In this document: in pieces, positions 13,262 to 25,598 of the stretch | How positions within the stretch are numbered: the first letter of the stretch is position 1 | Layout: the number at the start of each line of letters is the position of its first letter | Origin: Octopus sinensis | Lineage: Eukaryota | Assembly: GCF_006345805.1 (NCBI RefSeq) | Contig: NC_043000.1 | Location: 136,772,001-136,836,000, forward strand | Length of the DNA: 64,000 bases | Direction of reading: 5' to 3' | Program-made: the position numbers and the translations under genes | The notes under the pieces: model-generated | What the model saw: only the letters and a program-made list of their open reading frames with translations | The model's database searches: none | Told to the model about the DNA's origin: nothing

Positions 13262-13477
13262 TTCTTTTATTTGTTTCAGTCATTTGACTGTAGCCATGCT
13301 GGAGCACCACCTTTAGTTGAGCAATTCAACCCCAAGACTTATTCTATGTAAGCCGAGTTCTTATTCTATCAGTCACTTTTGCTGAACCACTAAGCTACAG
13401 GGATGTAAGCACACCAACATCAGTTGTCAAGCGATGGTGGGAGACAAACATAGACACATACACAAATAGATACATGT

Positions 13478-13531
<54 letters not shown>

Positions 13532-13688
13532 ACTGGCTTCTTTCCATCTAACAAATCCACTCACAAGGCTTTGGTCAGCCTGAGGCTATCATAGAAGACA
13601 TTTGCTCAAGGTGCCATGCAGTGGGACTGAACCCAGAACCATGTGGTTGGAAATCAAGCTTCTTGCCACACAGCCACTCCTGCGCCTA
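13262..13688 (-). mobile_element. SINE family A
   Basis: Full-length family match with (TA)n interior. Confidence 0.88.
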
Positions 13689-13803
13689 TATGTGCAATAA
13701 TTATAATTTTACAATTTCAATGTTCCTATAAAAAACAATGACGTAAATAGTAATTTTTAAAACAAAATTAGTTACTAAATTAACATAAAATTATATCACA
13801 CTA

Positions 13804-14101
13804 AAAACCGTTAAATTCACTTCAACATTTAAATTTAATTTGCCAAAATATTTTCGTCACTTTGAGACCGGTATCTGTTCACTGACAAAATTCCATGCTG
13901 CATCAGAATTTTGTCAGTGAACAAGTTGTGGTCTCAAAGCAATGAAAATATTTTGGCAAATTAAATTTAAATGTTGAAGTGAATCTAACGGTTTTTGTGT
14001 GTTTCTTAAATGGCTTATAAACACCTTCCACGCTGCAATTGTTTTCGCTCCAGCACACGATCTCAGATCAGGTCACTTGCTATGCAAGTACATCTCTGTA
14101 A
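13804..14101. mobile_element. Fold-back insertion with 12 bp flanking direct repeat
   Basis: ~90 bp near-perfect inverted arms (13804-13997) around a 12 nt loop, plus a one-sided extension; tatatcacacta at 13792-13803 and 14102-14113. Confidence 0.75.
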
Positions 14102-14684
14102 TATATCACACTATTTTCTCATTTATAATTTTGTAATACTTTGATACTTTGATAGGTTTCGGCCATTATTGGCCCAGGCCATGTCTAACTTAATAGCACC
14201 ACCTGGTAATAGATGTATCTTATTAATAACAATGATATTGTTTTAAAATCAACTACTTAGAAATATAGCATATAGATCTGTTCCATATAAGGTCATGTGA
14301 TATTTCTCCTGACCATATACTCTTCATCCGCCTCCCCTCCTCCTCCTCATCATCATAATTTGCTTATCTGTTTCCCATGATGGTATGGGTTAGACAAGAC
14401 ATTGCTTCTCTCTTAGATGTGTCAGAGATCATATCATACTATTAAGTAATATCATTTGCACATACACTCCCACATGCAAAAACACCCAGACATGCACATG
14501 CAAACATTTGTATTATATACATATATAACATATGTATGTATAAGACAGATTTACCCACTGCTATCACGTAGTAGTATTATATGTACTTCCAGGTTTTGTG
14601 TTTAGGCATCTGTCATGTGGGAATAGATAATTAAAAGAAAAAATAGCCCTATAATACTCAATAAAGCACTGATATTTGCAATGA

Positions 14685-15245
14685 AAATTTTAGCTTATCT
14701 AAGTCAGATGTAGAAATACTATTAACAGCACGAGAAACCATTATTAATTACAACAACAAACTATGGACGAGATCAGATAGAACAAATTCTATCGATATAC
14801 CAATGGGTTCACGTGATTCAGCCCAGGTCACGGATATCAGAGGAATTACATCTTATTCCATATCAAATCCTCATTCCCACAAATAGGAGGGTATCTATAC
14901 AGAGACAATACCCTTTTTGTAATAGATAATTGTACTAAAGTAGAAATAGAAAGATAATGAAAAAAACTGCATAAATTATTTTAAAATTTCAGCCTATCTA
15001 TAACCATAGACAGTAATTACCACAAGGTAAAGTTCCTAGTTGCGACTTTTAACTTAGAATCAGGGATGTACGGATCATACCAGAAACCGAATGAGTGTCT
15101 TAGATACATAAATGTAAAGTCCAATCATCCACCATCAATAACCAAAGGAATAGTTAGGAACATAGTCTTCAGAATGTCACACCTATCAGCCAAGAAAAAA
15201 ATCAGGTTCATACCTAATGAAGCCCTAAATAATACTAACAACCAC
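14685..15245 (+). mobile_element. Penelope-like element RT relic
   Basis: DIPMGSRDSAQVTDI (cf. DVTMGSFDGAEVCEL) and YQKPNECLRYINVKSNHPPSITKGI (cf. YRKPN...SNHPP). Confidence 0.8.
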
Positions 15246-15320
15246 CGTCTGGCTGTTTTTCGTTCTTCAAAACGAGAAGTTAAATTGCAGAACTGTTATT
15301 TTAACGAGGTGTATCTATTC

Positions 15321-15426
15321 ATCACCCGACGAGATACATCTGCATCACCGAATGCTCCTGGAGCAGTTGGTGAAAGTTCCTCCCATGAGGGTTCAATGCT
15401 AGATGTGTCGAAACAATTGTTGTGAT
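15321..15426 (+). ncRNA. Type-I hammerhead ribozyme motif, U4>C variant
   Basis: Stem I atcac/gtgat; core ccgacga; stem II gatacatct/agatgtgtc; GAAA; stem III C-G with AAUU loop; GUU triplet. Confidence 0.65.
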
Positions 15427-15542
15427 TAATAAATTCTCATATATTCCATATTCTGTCTTTCACTTGCCATATACATAATGATCACTGTGAAAGTGACTAT
15501 ACTTTACCAGTAAGCTACCAGGTGTAAACCATTCGTTTTATT

Positions 15543-15582
<40 letters not shown>

Positions 15583-15710
15583 AAATGGGACAAGAACGCA
15601 AAACATCCGGACAACTTGATACAAAAATGGACAACAAAATATCCAGATAGATGATACAAAAAACAAGGACGGGTCATTCGAAACTTTCTATCATATATAT
15701 ATATATATAT

Positions 15711-15976
15711 CACGTGATCACGTGACCGACCAGACCATCAGATGTTTTACACATCGCTGGTCACAATGCGTTCACACTGTTTTAGCCTTCAAGTGACGCC
15801 AACAGAAGAAAGAGAGAAAGAGTAGTGAAAGAGTACAGCAGGGATCACCACCCCCTGCCGGAGCCTCGTGGAGCTTTTAGGTGTTTTTCGCTCAATAAAC
15901 ACTCACAACGCCCGGGCTGGGAATCGAAACCGCGATCCTATGATCGCGAGTCCGCTGCCCTAACCACTGGGCCATT
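15711..15976 (-). mobile_element. SINE family C
   Basis: Reverse complement begins caatggcccagtggttagggcagcggactcgcg...ggtttcgattccc (A/B boxes). Confidence 0.8.
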
Positions 15977-16061
15977 GTGTGTATATATGTATGTATGTAT
16001 GTGAACGTATAAATATCTATGTATGTGTGTGTGTGTGTGTATGTACATGTCCATATGTCCG

Positions 16062-16470
16062 AGTGTTGAATCTTAAAGGCCAGCTAAGGAAAGCACATGT
16101 GTAACCGGCCATGAAGAACCAATCAGCAGAACAAAGAAATAAAATACAAATCCCTTTAAAATGGTAACCACTTAAACAATACCAGAATCCTACTATATTC
16201 AAAGCAGCAACAACATACCCTAATAAGCTTAGAGACTACTACTAAATTTAGGCCATGACAGACACATAGAATGTTCTTGAAGCTGAGGATTTTAAATTTA
16301 CGAAGACAATATTTACATATTGCCTGAGGAAACAAAACTAGATCTCATAATGCAGGGAAACAGTTGCATAATCAAGAACATCCACACCTGGAGAACTACG
16401 TTGTGTAGAAATAATTGTAGTCATTAAAAATTAAATGTCCAACAAAACCCCTTCTTGTGGATTCCAATTT
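16062..16470. repeat. Interspersed repeat, second copy at 56600-57000 (possibly PLE terminal-repeat derived)
   Basis: Shared blocks ccatgaagaac, aggcca(t/c)gacagaca, cctgaggaaac...ctcataatgcagg, cctggagaactacgttg(t/c)gtagaaa. Confidence 0.65.
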
Positions 16471-16478
16471 TTTCAATT

Positions 16479-16725
16479 GCGCAGGAGTAGCCGTGTGGTA
16501 AGGAACTTGATTTCCAACCACGTGGTTCCGAGTTCAGTCCCACTTCATGGCATCTTGGGCAAGTGTCTTTTACTATAGCCTAGGGTCGACCAAAGCCTTA
16601 TGAGTGGATTGGCTAGATGGAAACTAAAAGAAACCCGTTGTGTATATATATATTTATATATGTGTGTGTGTGTATTTGTATGTCTGTGTTTGTTCCTCCG
16701 CCATTGCTTGACAACCGATGTTAGT
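16479..16725 (+). mobile_element. SINE family A, 3'-truncated
   Basis: Head and CORE-like part present. Confidence 0.8.
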
Positions 16726-17029
16726 GTGTTAGTGTGTGTGTGACTATACATGCATGTATAGCCACACACACACACACTGATCCACACACCTGTGCACAAA
16801 CAAACAAAAAAGAATGCAGTGTGAGTAACGTACAGAGTCAACGACTAATGAAAAGGTTGCAAGACGCAAAGAAAATTTTAGAAAAATAAAAACACAAATA
16901 AGTGAAAATTTTACTGCTTAGTGTATTAAATTATAAGGCACCAAAAGAAAATGACTCACCCCAGACACAAAAGAATATGCTTTAACATACGAACTCACAT
17001 AAAGAATCTTGCAAGCCAAAGCCCAAAAC

Positions 17030-17032
17030 GAA

Positions 17033-17080
<48 letters not shown>

Positions 17081-17156
17081 TATACATACATATACACACA
17101 CACACACACACACATATATATCTATACACACCACACACACACACAATATATATATA

Positions 17157-17198
<42 letters not shown>

Positions 17199-17212
17199 GT
17201 ATATATGTATTA
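17030..17212. repeat. (TA)n/(CA)n compound microsatellite
   Basis: Direct. Confidence 0.95.
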
Positions 17213-17340
17213 TACATCACTTTTCAAGTTTATCTCTATAGAGTTTCAATAGAATTCAGACCAGGCAAAAAAGGTATGACGTTTTGTAACCAAATACATC
17301 TTCTTATCACTGCAATCGAAGATAGAAAAATAGCTAATGT

Positions 17341-17383
17341 GTGTATATGCATATTTCAAAGGTTATTATCCTTTCATCAGCAC
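17341..17383 (-). ncRNA. Minimal type-I hammerhead ribozyme motif with intact core
   Basis: Minus strand: GUG CUGAUGA AAGG-AUAAUAAC-CUUU GAAA UA-UGCA-UA U A CAC; all conserved core nucleotides present, palindromic loop III. Confidence 0.65.
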
Positions 17384-17389
17384 CTCATC

Positions 17390-17570
17390 AATGTCTGGGC
17401 ATTTTACTAGGATGGAGGAAGACAGGTTACCAAAACAGTTGTTTTATGGAAAGCTGCAATATGGTAAATGTCTGAGCATTTTCAGGATGTCATCAAAACC
17501 AACCAAAAGGCTCTTAGCGTGAATGTAGGAGATTTGAAGTAGATGACAGACAACCAGCTCAGGAAGAAGT
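17390..17570 (+). mobile_element. RTE-clade LINE ORF2 C-terminal relic
   Basis: SGHFTRMEEDRLPKQLFYGKLQYGK. Confidence 0.75.
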
Positions 17571-17609
17571 GATCCACAATTGTTATAAAAGAATTTTAAC
17601 AATGAAAAA

Positions 17610-17860
17610 TCAAACATCCCCCCTTGAAACAGACACTTCGTAAACAGGACTTAACCTCAATTCCAGACACTTTTCAGCTTGAATATGTTTTGTAACATCT
17701 GTAGTAAGTATTCTTTGTCTAATTTCACAGCTGGTCTTGCTAGTCCATGAGACCCCATGACAGCATTTTCTAATTGAAGAGATTGCCTTCTTCTGTAGAA
17801 AGAGAGTGCTGTTAAGATAGACTAAAGAGTCAACCACATCCAAGGGACCAAGATTAGTGT
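17610..17860 (-). mobile_element. RTE-clade LINE relic
   Basis: LDVVDSLVYLNSTL resembles RTE LEVVDKFTYLGSTL. Confidence 0.5.
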
Positions 17861-19318
17861 ATACAGAACAATTGCTCTAATACCCCTCTTGTATGTCTCT
17901 TTCCAAATATCAGAAAGTCATTGGAAGAATATGTTGAATTAAATTCAACATGTTGAAGGTAATATCATTAGAATATATATTAAAGAAGCAATACTTATTT
18001 GGAATCTGAAAACATAGATGTAAAACTAGCACGAGTTTCTTGACAGACAAGAATATATTACATAATTTATATATTGCAGCTGTACATACTTACTAGAGTG
18101 TGTTGCAGCACGTTTTAATAGTTTTGGTGCCAATTATAGTTTACAGCCTGATTCAAGTATATATTTTTTTTTATTTCAACAACTACTAAAGCTGAAATAC
18201 TGAATTTATGTGATTTATTTTGCTTTACATTGTTAATTGTTAATTAGTTGTCATTACTTTTCTATTTCTATACTGAAACATGAATGTTTCAAAGAAATTA
18301 CATATAACACACACATATATATATATATATGCATACACTTACATACACAAACATACACATAACACCATGTGTTCTTTATTCTGAAAAAAAATATATATAG
18401 GTGTACATAAATACATGGTAGTGGTATTATATTTTTCATGTTTTTCATTTTCTAATGTCATAGACAGAGGAGGAAAGGCAAAACTCATGATTTTTGCAGA
18501 GATTCTGAGGCTAGTGTGTGGGATTAGGTGAACGACATTAGTGTGTGATTTGAGAGAGATTTAGCTACTATTTTTAGCAGATCGAATAATATTGTAATTG
18601 TACAAACCAAGAACTATTATATTTCACTTATACTTTTTAAACTTTTATATTTATGTTACTTTTTTTTTTATTTTTTAAATATTAATAATAAATTTAAATG
18701 ATGTAATAATTTCTTGAGAAATTAATTTGTAAATTAAATTTCACGAATTTCTTAATTATTAAGAATGACTAAAATTTAACTGCTTCAATTTGGAGTCAAA
18801 GATTGTAGAATATATATATTTTCATACATGTTAAAGAAACTTTTGCTTTCATAGCCTATGATTAGCTCTAATTAGCAATAGAATTATTGTCTGCTCTCAG
18901 TGCCAGAGAATGCATGACGATGTTTAATTCAAGACATCTCGTATTCTTGGATGAAGTTAGTGTTTTTGTATTTACATATATTTTTGAATAAGCTACAGAA
19001 TCATTAATTTTCTTAAAGAACACTAATTTAGTTTAGTCTATGATTAGTAATATCCTATTAGAGGTGCATCAATCTTCAAGATGTTTTAGATAATAATATA
19101 CATTTTTTATAGTTTTATATAATTATCATCAATTCGGAGAAGATTAGTATGTAAGATATGTAAGAAATCAATAGTCTCTTTTTCTCTTTATGCCTAAAAT
19201 TGGGAAGTGCATTTGTAGCTACAACATAATGCACTTTTAGACTATAATGTGTGTAAACACACACATTTTGATATATATATAAATATACATATACATATAC
19301 ACACACATATATATATGC

Positions 19319-19359
<41 letters not shown>

Positions 19360-19367
19360 TGTAGTGA

Positions 19368-19547
19368 AGGCACAAATATGGCTATAGGTATAAATGGCTG
19401 CATGGTTAAGAAGCTTGCATCTCGATCATGTGGTTTGAGGTTCAGTTTCACTGTGTGGCACCTCATCCAAATGTGCTCTACTAGAACCCCAAGCTAACCA
19501 AAGCATTGTGACTGGATTTACCAGATAGAAGCTGAAAGAAGCCCATG

Positions 19548-19606
<59 letters not shown>

Positions 19607-19975
19607 CTATCTCTATCACAACTAATAATAGTTTCCTGTACATGCGTACGTTCAAGTGCCTGATGAATCCACACATGTATGGGAAACTATTAGTAGTGCG
19701 GTAAGTACATGTGGTGGAAACGTTTAGTAATATAGAACTCTCATTGGATGGAGTAATCTTCATATTGACTGTTACACAGTTAATTTCTTGTGTGTGTTTG
19801 TGTTGTTTGTATGCATGTGTGTCTTTGTGTATGTGCTTGTTGCCCAGCACCACTTGACAACTGGTGTTGGGGTGTTTATGTCACTGTAACTTGGCAGTTT
19901 GGAAAAAGAGACTGATAGAGTAAGCACTAGGCTTTACAAAATATAACAAGTACTGGGATCGAATCCTCCACAGTC
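19368..19975 (+). mobile_element. Degenerate SINE family A with (CTAT)n expansion
   Basis: Head, aagaagccc, cacttgacaactggtgttg and tail remnants. Confidence 0.65.
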
Positions 19976-20035
19976 TAATGAATGAATCAAGTAAAGATGA
20001 AAGATAAAAGATATGTATGTATATATATATATATA

Positions 20036-20111
20036 TACGGTAAGAAATAAATGAAATACTTACTTATACTTCCATGGGTATAAGTAAGTATTTCATTTAT
20101 TTCTTACCGTA
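20036..20111. repeat. Perfect 34 bp inverted repeat with 8 nt loop
   Basis: tacggtaagaaataaatgaaatacttacttatac - ttccatgg - exact reverse complement. Confidence 0.95.
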
Positions 20112-20114
20112 TTC

Positions 20115-20171
20115 ATCGCTGACGAGGAGAAAATTCTTATGAATTAACTCTGAAATTGGGACCGATACGAT
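20115..20171 (+). ncRNA. Type-I hammerhead ribozyme motif with intact core
   Basis: Stem I atcg/cgat; CUGACGA 20119-20125; stem II ggag/ctct with inner aattc/gaatt; GAAA 20152-20155; stem III UU/GA; AUA triplet 20165-20167. Confidence 0.65.
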
Positions 20172-20396
20172 AATAACGGAAATTTCTTTTTTAAATTTCT
20201 GTCGGCTTACTTCGAGACGCGTGCTTATCGTGATAAATTATATGGTTATTGACGATTTGTCTATTTTCGGCATATTTGGCATTAGAACTTTTCTTTTGCC
20301 CTTGTTTATAAGTTGTTTATAAATTTAACCTTTAAAGGTATTTTTTAATATGCTGACCATTGATAGAATATTTTTCGAAAATTTTAACCTGTATTA

Positions 20397-20471
<75 letters not shown>

Positions 20472-20479
20472 CAAATAAA

Positions 20480-20990
20480 TAACAAGGATGTCCAGGTATG
20501 CAAACATTTAATAATCAAACAGAGAGTTCGAGAGGTGTTAGAAGAATTGATGGACCCACATTCATAAACATAAAATTTCTAGAAATAATAATGTAGTCTG
20601 GTATAATATCCCCTTTAGCTGTACTATACTTACTAAGATATATATATAATATTTTTATGGTGATTTTAGAAAACAAATTCCCAGCTTCTCGTAGGTGCAA
20701 TAAAATCTTCTCTCGTAAGACAATCAGAATCTCATATTCCACCCTTCCTAATATAGGTACTATTATAACCTGATTTAATAAAAGAAATATAAAATTAGCC
20801 TGGAGGATTAGAAATAATAATATTGTCAATAGTGCTTTAAACCCCGTAATGTTGTTAATAATATTGGACATGTAAGAATCCGATATAAACAATGATTCTA
20901 TGCTAGATATAATAACTCAGACATTACTGACACAACACATGATAATACTACAATGGACTTGAGTGGTACTCAAATTAATGGGAGTAATAT

Positions 20991-21061
<71 letters not shown>

Positions 21062-21480
21062 GCAATAATATCCCCAGCTGCACTTGTAGGGTAGGATCCC
21101 AGTGCCCATTATTAGGTCATTGTTTAGCTCAAAATGTTGTTTACAAATGTACAGTGATGACTGAAACTATATTTACATCGGATGCTAAATTGATTTGAAG
21201 AAACACCTTAATAACAATCTTTCATCTTTCAGACTTAGACATAATGCTAACAGTACATTATTATCTAATAAAATCTAAGACCTTAAGGATAGCAATTGTA
21301 AATTTAGCCTTAAATGGGAAATAGTATAGGGAGCTCAGCTCTACAAAGATAGCCGATATAGATGTGAACTATGTTGTATGGGAATTTACAAAATTTTTAA
21401 GTTTACGAATATAAAAATCCTAATTAATAACAGATTAAACCTTAGGGAGTCTTGTGTGCATAGAATCACCCCTACCTTAA
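20480..21480 (+). mobile_element. Penelope-like element: post-RT linker and GIY-YIG endonuclease, decayed
   Basis: VWYNIPFS, KIFSRKTIRISYSTLPNI, CTCRVGSQCPLLGHCLAQNVVYKCTV, LKWEIV, RCELC, matching typical PLE GIY-YIG layout. Confidence 0.85.
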
Positions 21481-22269
21481 AATATTTTGGAAATAAATAA
21501 TATTTTACTTATTATACTATAATTTGGTGACAGAAATTATCTGGGATGTCATATCTTTCATATCATATCCTCATTTGTATGGAATTTTATATAATATTAC
21601 CCTCTTATAACCCCTACCTGTTTAATCTGCATCCCTCCTATACTTAGCTTACACTACTTCCCCTTCGGTTTTAAGACTTTTTTCCCTACCAGTCATAATA
21701 TGTATATTTACAATGGACTGCTAGATACTACGCCTCCCTTAAGCATAGTAAATATCCACCAAGAACAGTCATGATTCTACACACATCCGTGCCTGTAATA
21801 ATATATCTTACAATTATCTCATAAAACCATTTCCAATGGTATCTTTATCGTATTTTATTTATTTTTTTAATTAGCTTTTGTTATGAACACCTAGACTTAC
21901 CCTTATTTTTTTTATCTATTATCTCTTTTTATATTCGGTACATATTTTATGGCATTCGCAATGTAAAAATTTTGTTTTTGCTTTTTCATTTACTGAAATC
22001 TTATACGAATATTTTTCCTTTTATTCTGCTTTGTTGTATTTCATATATTCCTTTTCTTATATTATATTATTGTATTGTGTATATCGATATACCCTCATAT
22101 ATACTGGTGTAATTTCTATAGATTGTGAAGGAGTTTGTAACTTCTTGTTTTGTAACCATGATATAATACAATACGGTATTTATATTTATATTTTATAATT
22201 ACACTATATACTTCTTATATATATATATATATAAAATAAATAATGATAATATAAAGAATATATAAACAT

Positions 22270-23240
22270 ATGCATATATACATACATATATGTACATACC
22301 TACATATATATGTATATATATACATGCAGTTATGGGTACAGGGCATAAAAAAACGTTGAACATAATGAGAAACGAAAACATAAAAGCAAAAAATAAAAAC
22401 AAAAACAGAAACGTACTTTTTTTTCAAACAACGAAGGCAAGGACAAGACGCGACTTCGTTGAAACATTCCTTCCCGCAAATCAAATTAAATAAAATTTGG
22501 GATTTTTTGCAGAGGGTGAAAGTGGTTACAAGAACAGGACAGGGAGAACAAAACAGTAAAAACAATAAAAAAGTAAAAACAGTAAAAGAGAGAACAATGA
22601 GAACAAAACAGTAAAAACAAACAATGAGGGCTGTTAAACCAAGACGATGGAAAAATTATTCTAAACGTTTAAGGAGACGATCTTACGAAGAGACAGTATA
22701 AGCCCGTTTGGTCTTTGTGAAGGTAGTAGTAAAAAAGATAGATTACCTATCGTCACGTGTCAACGATGGGAGAGTCGAAAGGGAGGAGTGTGAGAGAGAG
22801 AGAGAGAATGGTGAAGGGAAGAGGAGAAGAATAGGGAAGGGTGGGAGAGAAAACCAGAAAGGATGAACAAGAGTGTGCATCGTAATTATTAAGATAAAAG
22901 TTACTTAGAAAAGGATGCGTGGCGTTCGATCATATAATAATATAAATAATATATAAATAAATGTATAAATACATGCATATATGTACATAACCACATATAT
23001 ATGTATATATACATGTATATTTGGGTACAGGACATCAAAAAAATGTTGAACACAATGAGAAACAAAAACATAGAAACGAACTTTTTTGGGAAAGGAAAAA
23101 AACAAACAAACAAACGAGACCTACAACATAAAGAATATTCCCTTTCTTCAGTTGACCCTATTTCAACTACTCCACGTTCTGAAGGGAAGGACACGACACG
23201 ACTTCGTTGAAACAGTCCTTCCCGCAAAGCAAATTAAATA
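22270..23240. repeat. Two diverged direct repeats (~22270-22500 and ~22960-23240)
   Basis: Shared gggtacagg...gttgaaca(t/c)aatgagaaac and gacttcgttgaaaca(t/g)tccttcccgcaaa. Confidence 0.8.
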
Positions 23241-23841
23241 ATATATATATATATATGATATTTTTATGTATATATAGCAGCTGTGAGTGCAACAACCTAA
23301 CCACTATATATAATTCAGAACTATATTTTGAAACCATATTCGCAATGAGAGAACTAATCAAATTGTCAAGTAAATTCTGAATTTCTATAGACTTTATTGT
23401 TATTTTTCTCTAACTATACATAATTTTTATTTCATTTGAATACTAGTGTCTGAGCACAATTTGTATCATTTATCCTTGAGAATTGTACTTTTATAGGTGA
23501 ATATTGTTAACTCAATGCGCAACACATATTCTCCTGAACTGAATATGGTAAGTTGCATTCATTACTGAAAAATATTTAAAAAGAAAATTAATCTTATATA
23601 CCTCACTGATCTTGATGGGTCAACAAGGCCGTGGGCACTGCCATTTCTACAGATGAGGAAATAATTTTTTGTTTTGATAATTGGCAATTTTATAGTGCAT
23701 CTACAGCTCAGACTGTTGTAGTGAATTTGATGTAAATGATATTTTCTACTTTGAGATAATTGTCTTTGCTTTCAAAGTACAGTTAGAATGACATATGATG
23801 CAGTCCACTTGTTTCATTGCTTGTTTTTCTATTATTGGGGT

Positions 23842-24249
23842 ACTCTTTTACTTGTTTCAGTCATTTGAATGTGGCCATACTGGAGCACCACCTTTAGTCG
23901 AGCAATTGAAGAAATTGACCCCAGTAATTATTCTTTGTAAGCCTAGTACTTATTCTATCTGTCTCTTTTGCCGAACCGCTAAATTACGGGGATGCAAACA
24001 CACCAGCATCGGTTGTCAAGTGATGTTGGAGGGGACAAACACAGACAAACATATACACACACATACATATATATATATATGCATATATATGACGGGATTT
24101 TTTCCGTTTCCGTCTACCAAATCCACTCACAAGGCTTTGGTCGGTACGACGCTATAGCAGAAGACACTTGCCCAAAGTACCACGCAGTGGGAATGAACTC
24201 AGAACCATGTGGCTGGTAAGCAATCTACTTACCACTCAGCCACTCCTGT
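23842..24249 (-). mobile_element. SINE family A
   Basis: Full-length family match. Confidence 0.88.
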
Positions 24250-25069
24250 GAGGTGTGGATTTTAATAATATAAACAGTCTTGTTTAATATGTAGAAGCAG
24301 AGTAAAGACTTTAACTTACCATGAGCTGAGTCAGTAATATGCTTGTTCTCCCTTTAGGAAGCTATATTGCTTCACATCTATAATTAATCTTCCAGTAAAA
24401 GTATGAACACGATACTTACTTATTTCTCTTCTTTTGTATCTACGTAAGAAATCAATAACTATAGTAATTATGTTCAAGGAGAAGTAAAATATACACTGTA
24501 AACACATATCTGATGCAAATACCTAAATCCACAGAACCATGTAATTTATGCAAACTAGGGAGCTACAAGAAATAACAGTCTCTCTCAAATTACATACTAC
24601 CATTAAGAAAATATTTGATAATATTGCCCTGTGTGAAAAAACGTTGGAATGCTTAGAGCAGGAATCTTTTTGTCATAAGTCTTCTTCCATCAGAGTCAAC
24701 TTAGTAGTCAACTACAACAACAGAAGCAACAACAATAATGATAACAAAGATAACAACACCTACAAAAGCAATAACAACCTCTGCTAACAAGATGGAAATA
24801 CAAAAACTGGGAAAAAAAAGAAGATTCATAAGGCATTTGAATACTAAATTCATTAGTCAAATTGAATATCTATATTAGATTAGAAAACCACTATTCTAGC
24901 AAGGAAACGAAAATGAACATTTATGTTTGGTGTGTGTGGGGTTGCATGTGTGTGTGTGTGCATGTCTGTCTGTCTGTTTGTCTGTGTATGTGCATGTGTG
25001 TGTACATGTTTGTGCAGCTGCGTATGTGCCTCTGTGTGTGTGTGTGTGTGCGTGTTTGTGAAAGTGTGT

Positions 25070-25290
25070 GTGGTTTAGTGGTTTGGATGTTGCACTTATG
25101 ATCATTGGATCGGGGTTTCAAATTATGGACCAAGTGGCGCCTTGCTCTCTTGAGCAAAACACTTTATTTCATCTTGTTCCAGTCCATTCAGGAGGCAAAA
25201 ATATTAGTAATCCTGCAATGATCTTGTAGGGGTGGTGAGAATATATATGCAACATCCAGGTGTGGATGGTGGGAATATTATATATGCCAT
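25070..25290 (+). mobile_element. Degenerate SINE family C
   Basis: ggtttagtggtt...cttgagcaaaacactttatttca. Confidence 0.5.
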
Positions 25291-25431
25291 GGAATCTGGA
25301 AAGCTATCACAAAAACATAAAATGATAAAAGATAAGGAGCTTAGAAACTTTTTATGTTTGAATTCTAACTCTGATCTTAAACTCCTGTGAAATGCATTTT
25401 TATTTGTTTGACTATCAATCTAAACCTTGCT

Positions 25432-25560
25432 GCTCAAGGAATATGGTTCTGGGTTCATTCCCACTGCATGGCACCTTGGCAAGTGTCTTCTACTATAGCC
25501 TTGGGTCGTCCAACGCCTTGTGAGTGGATTTGATTGACGGAAACTGAAAGAAGCCCGTCG

Positions 25561-25598
<38 letters not shown>

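Noticed and set aside
14020-14080. ctgatctgag...gaaaacaattg on the minus strand of the fold-back element
   Set aside because: Core is CUGAUCU, not CUGANGA; stems do not close
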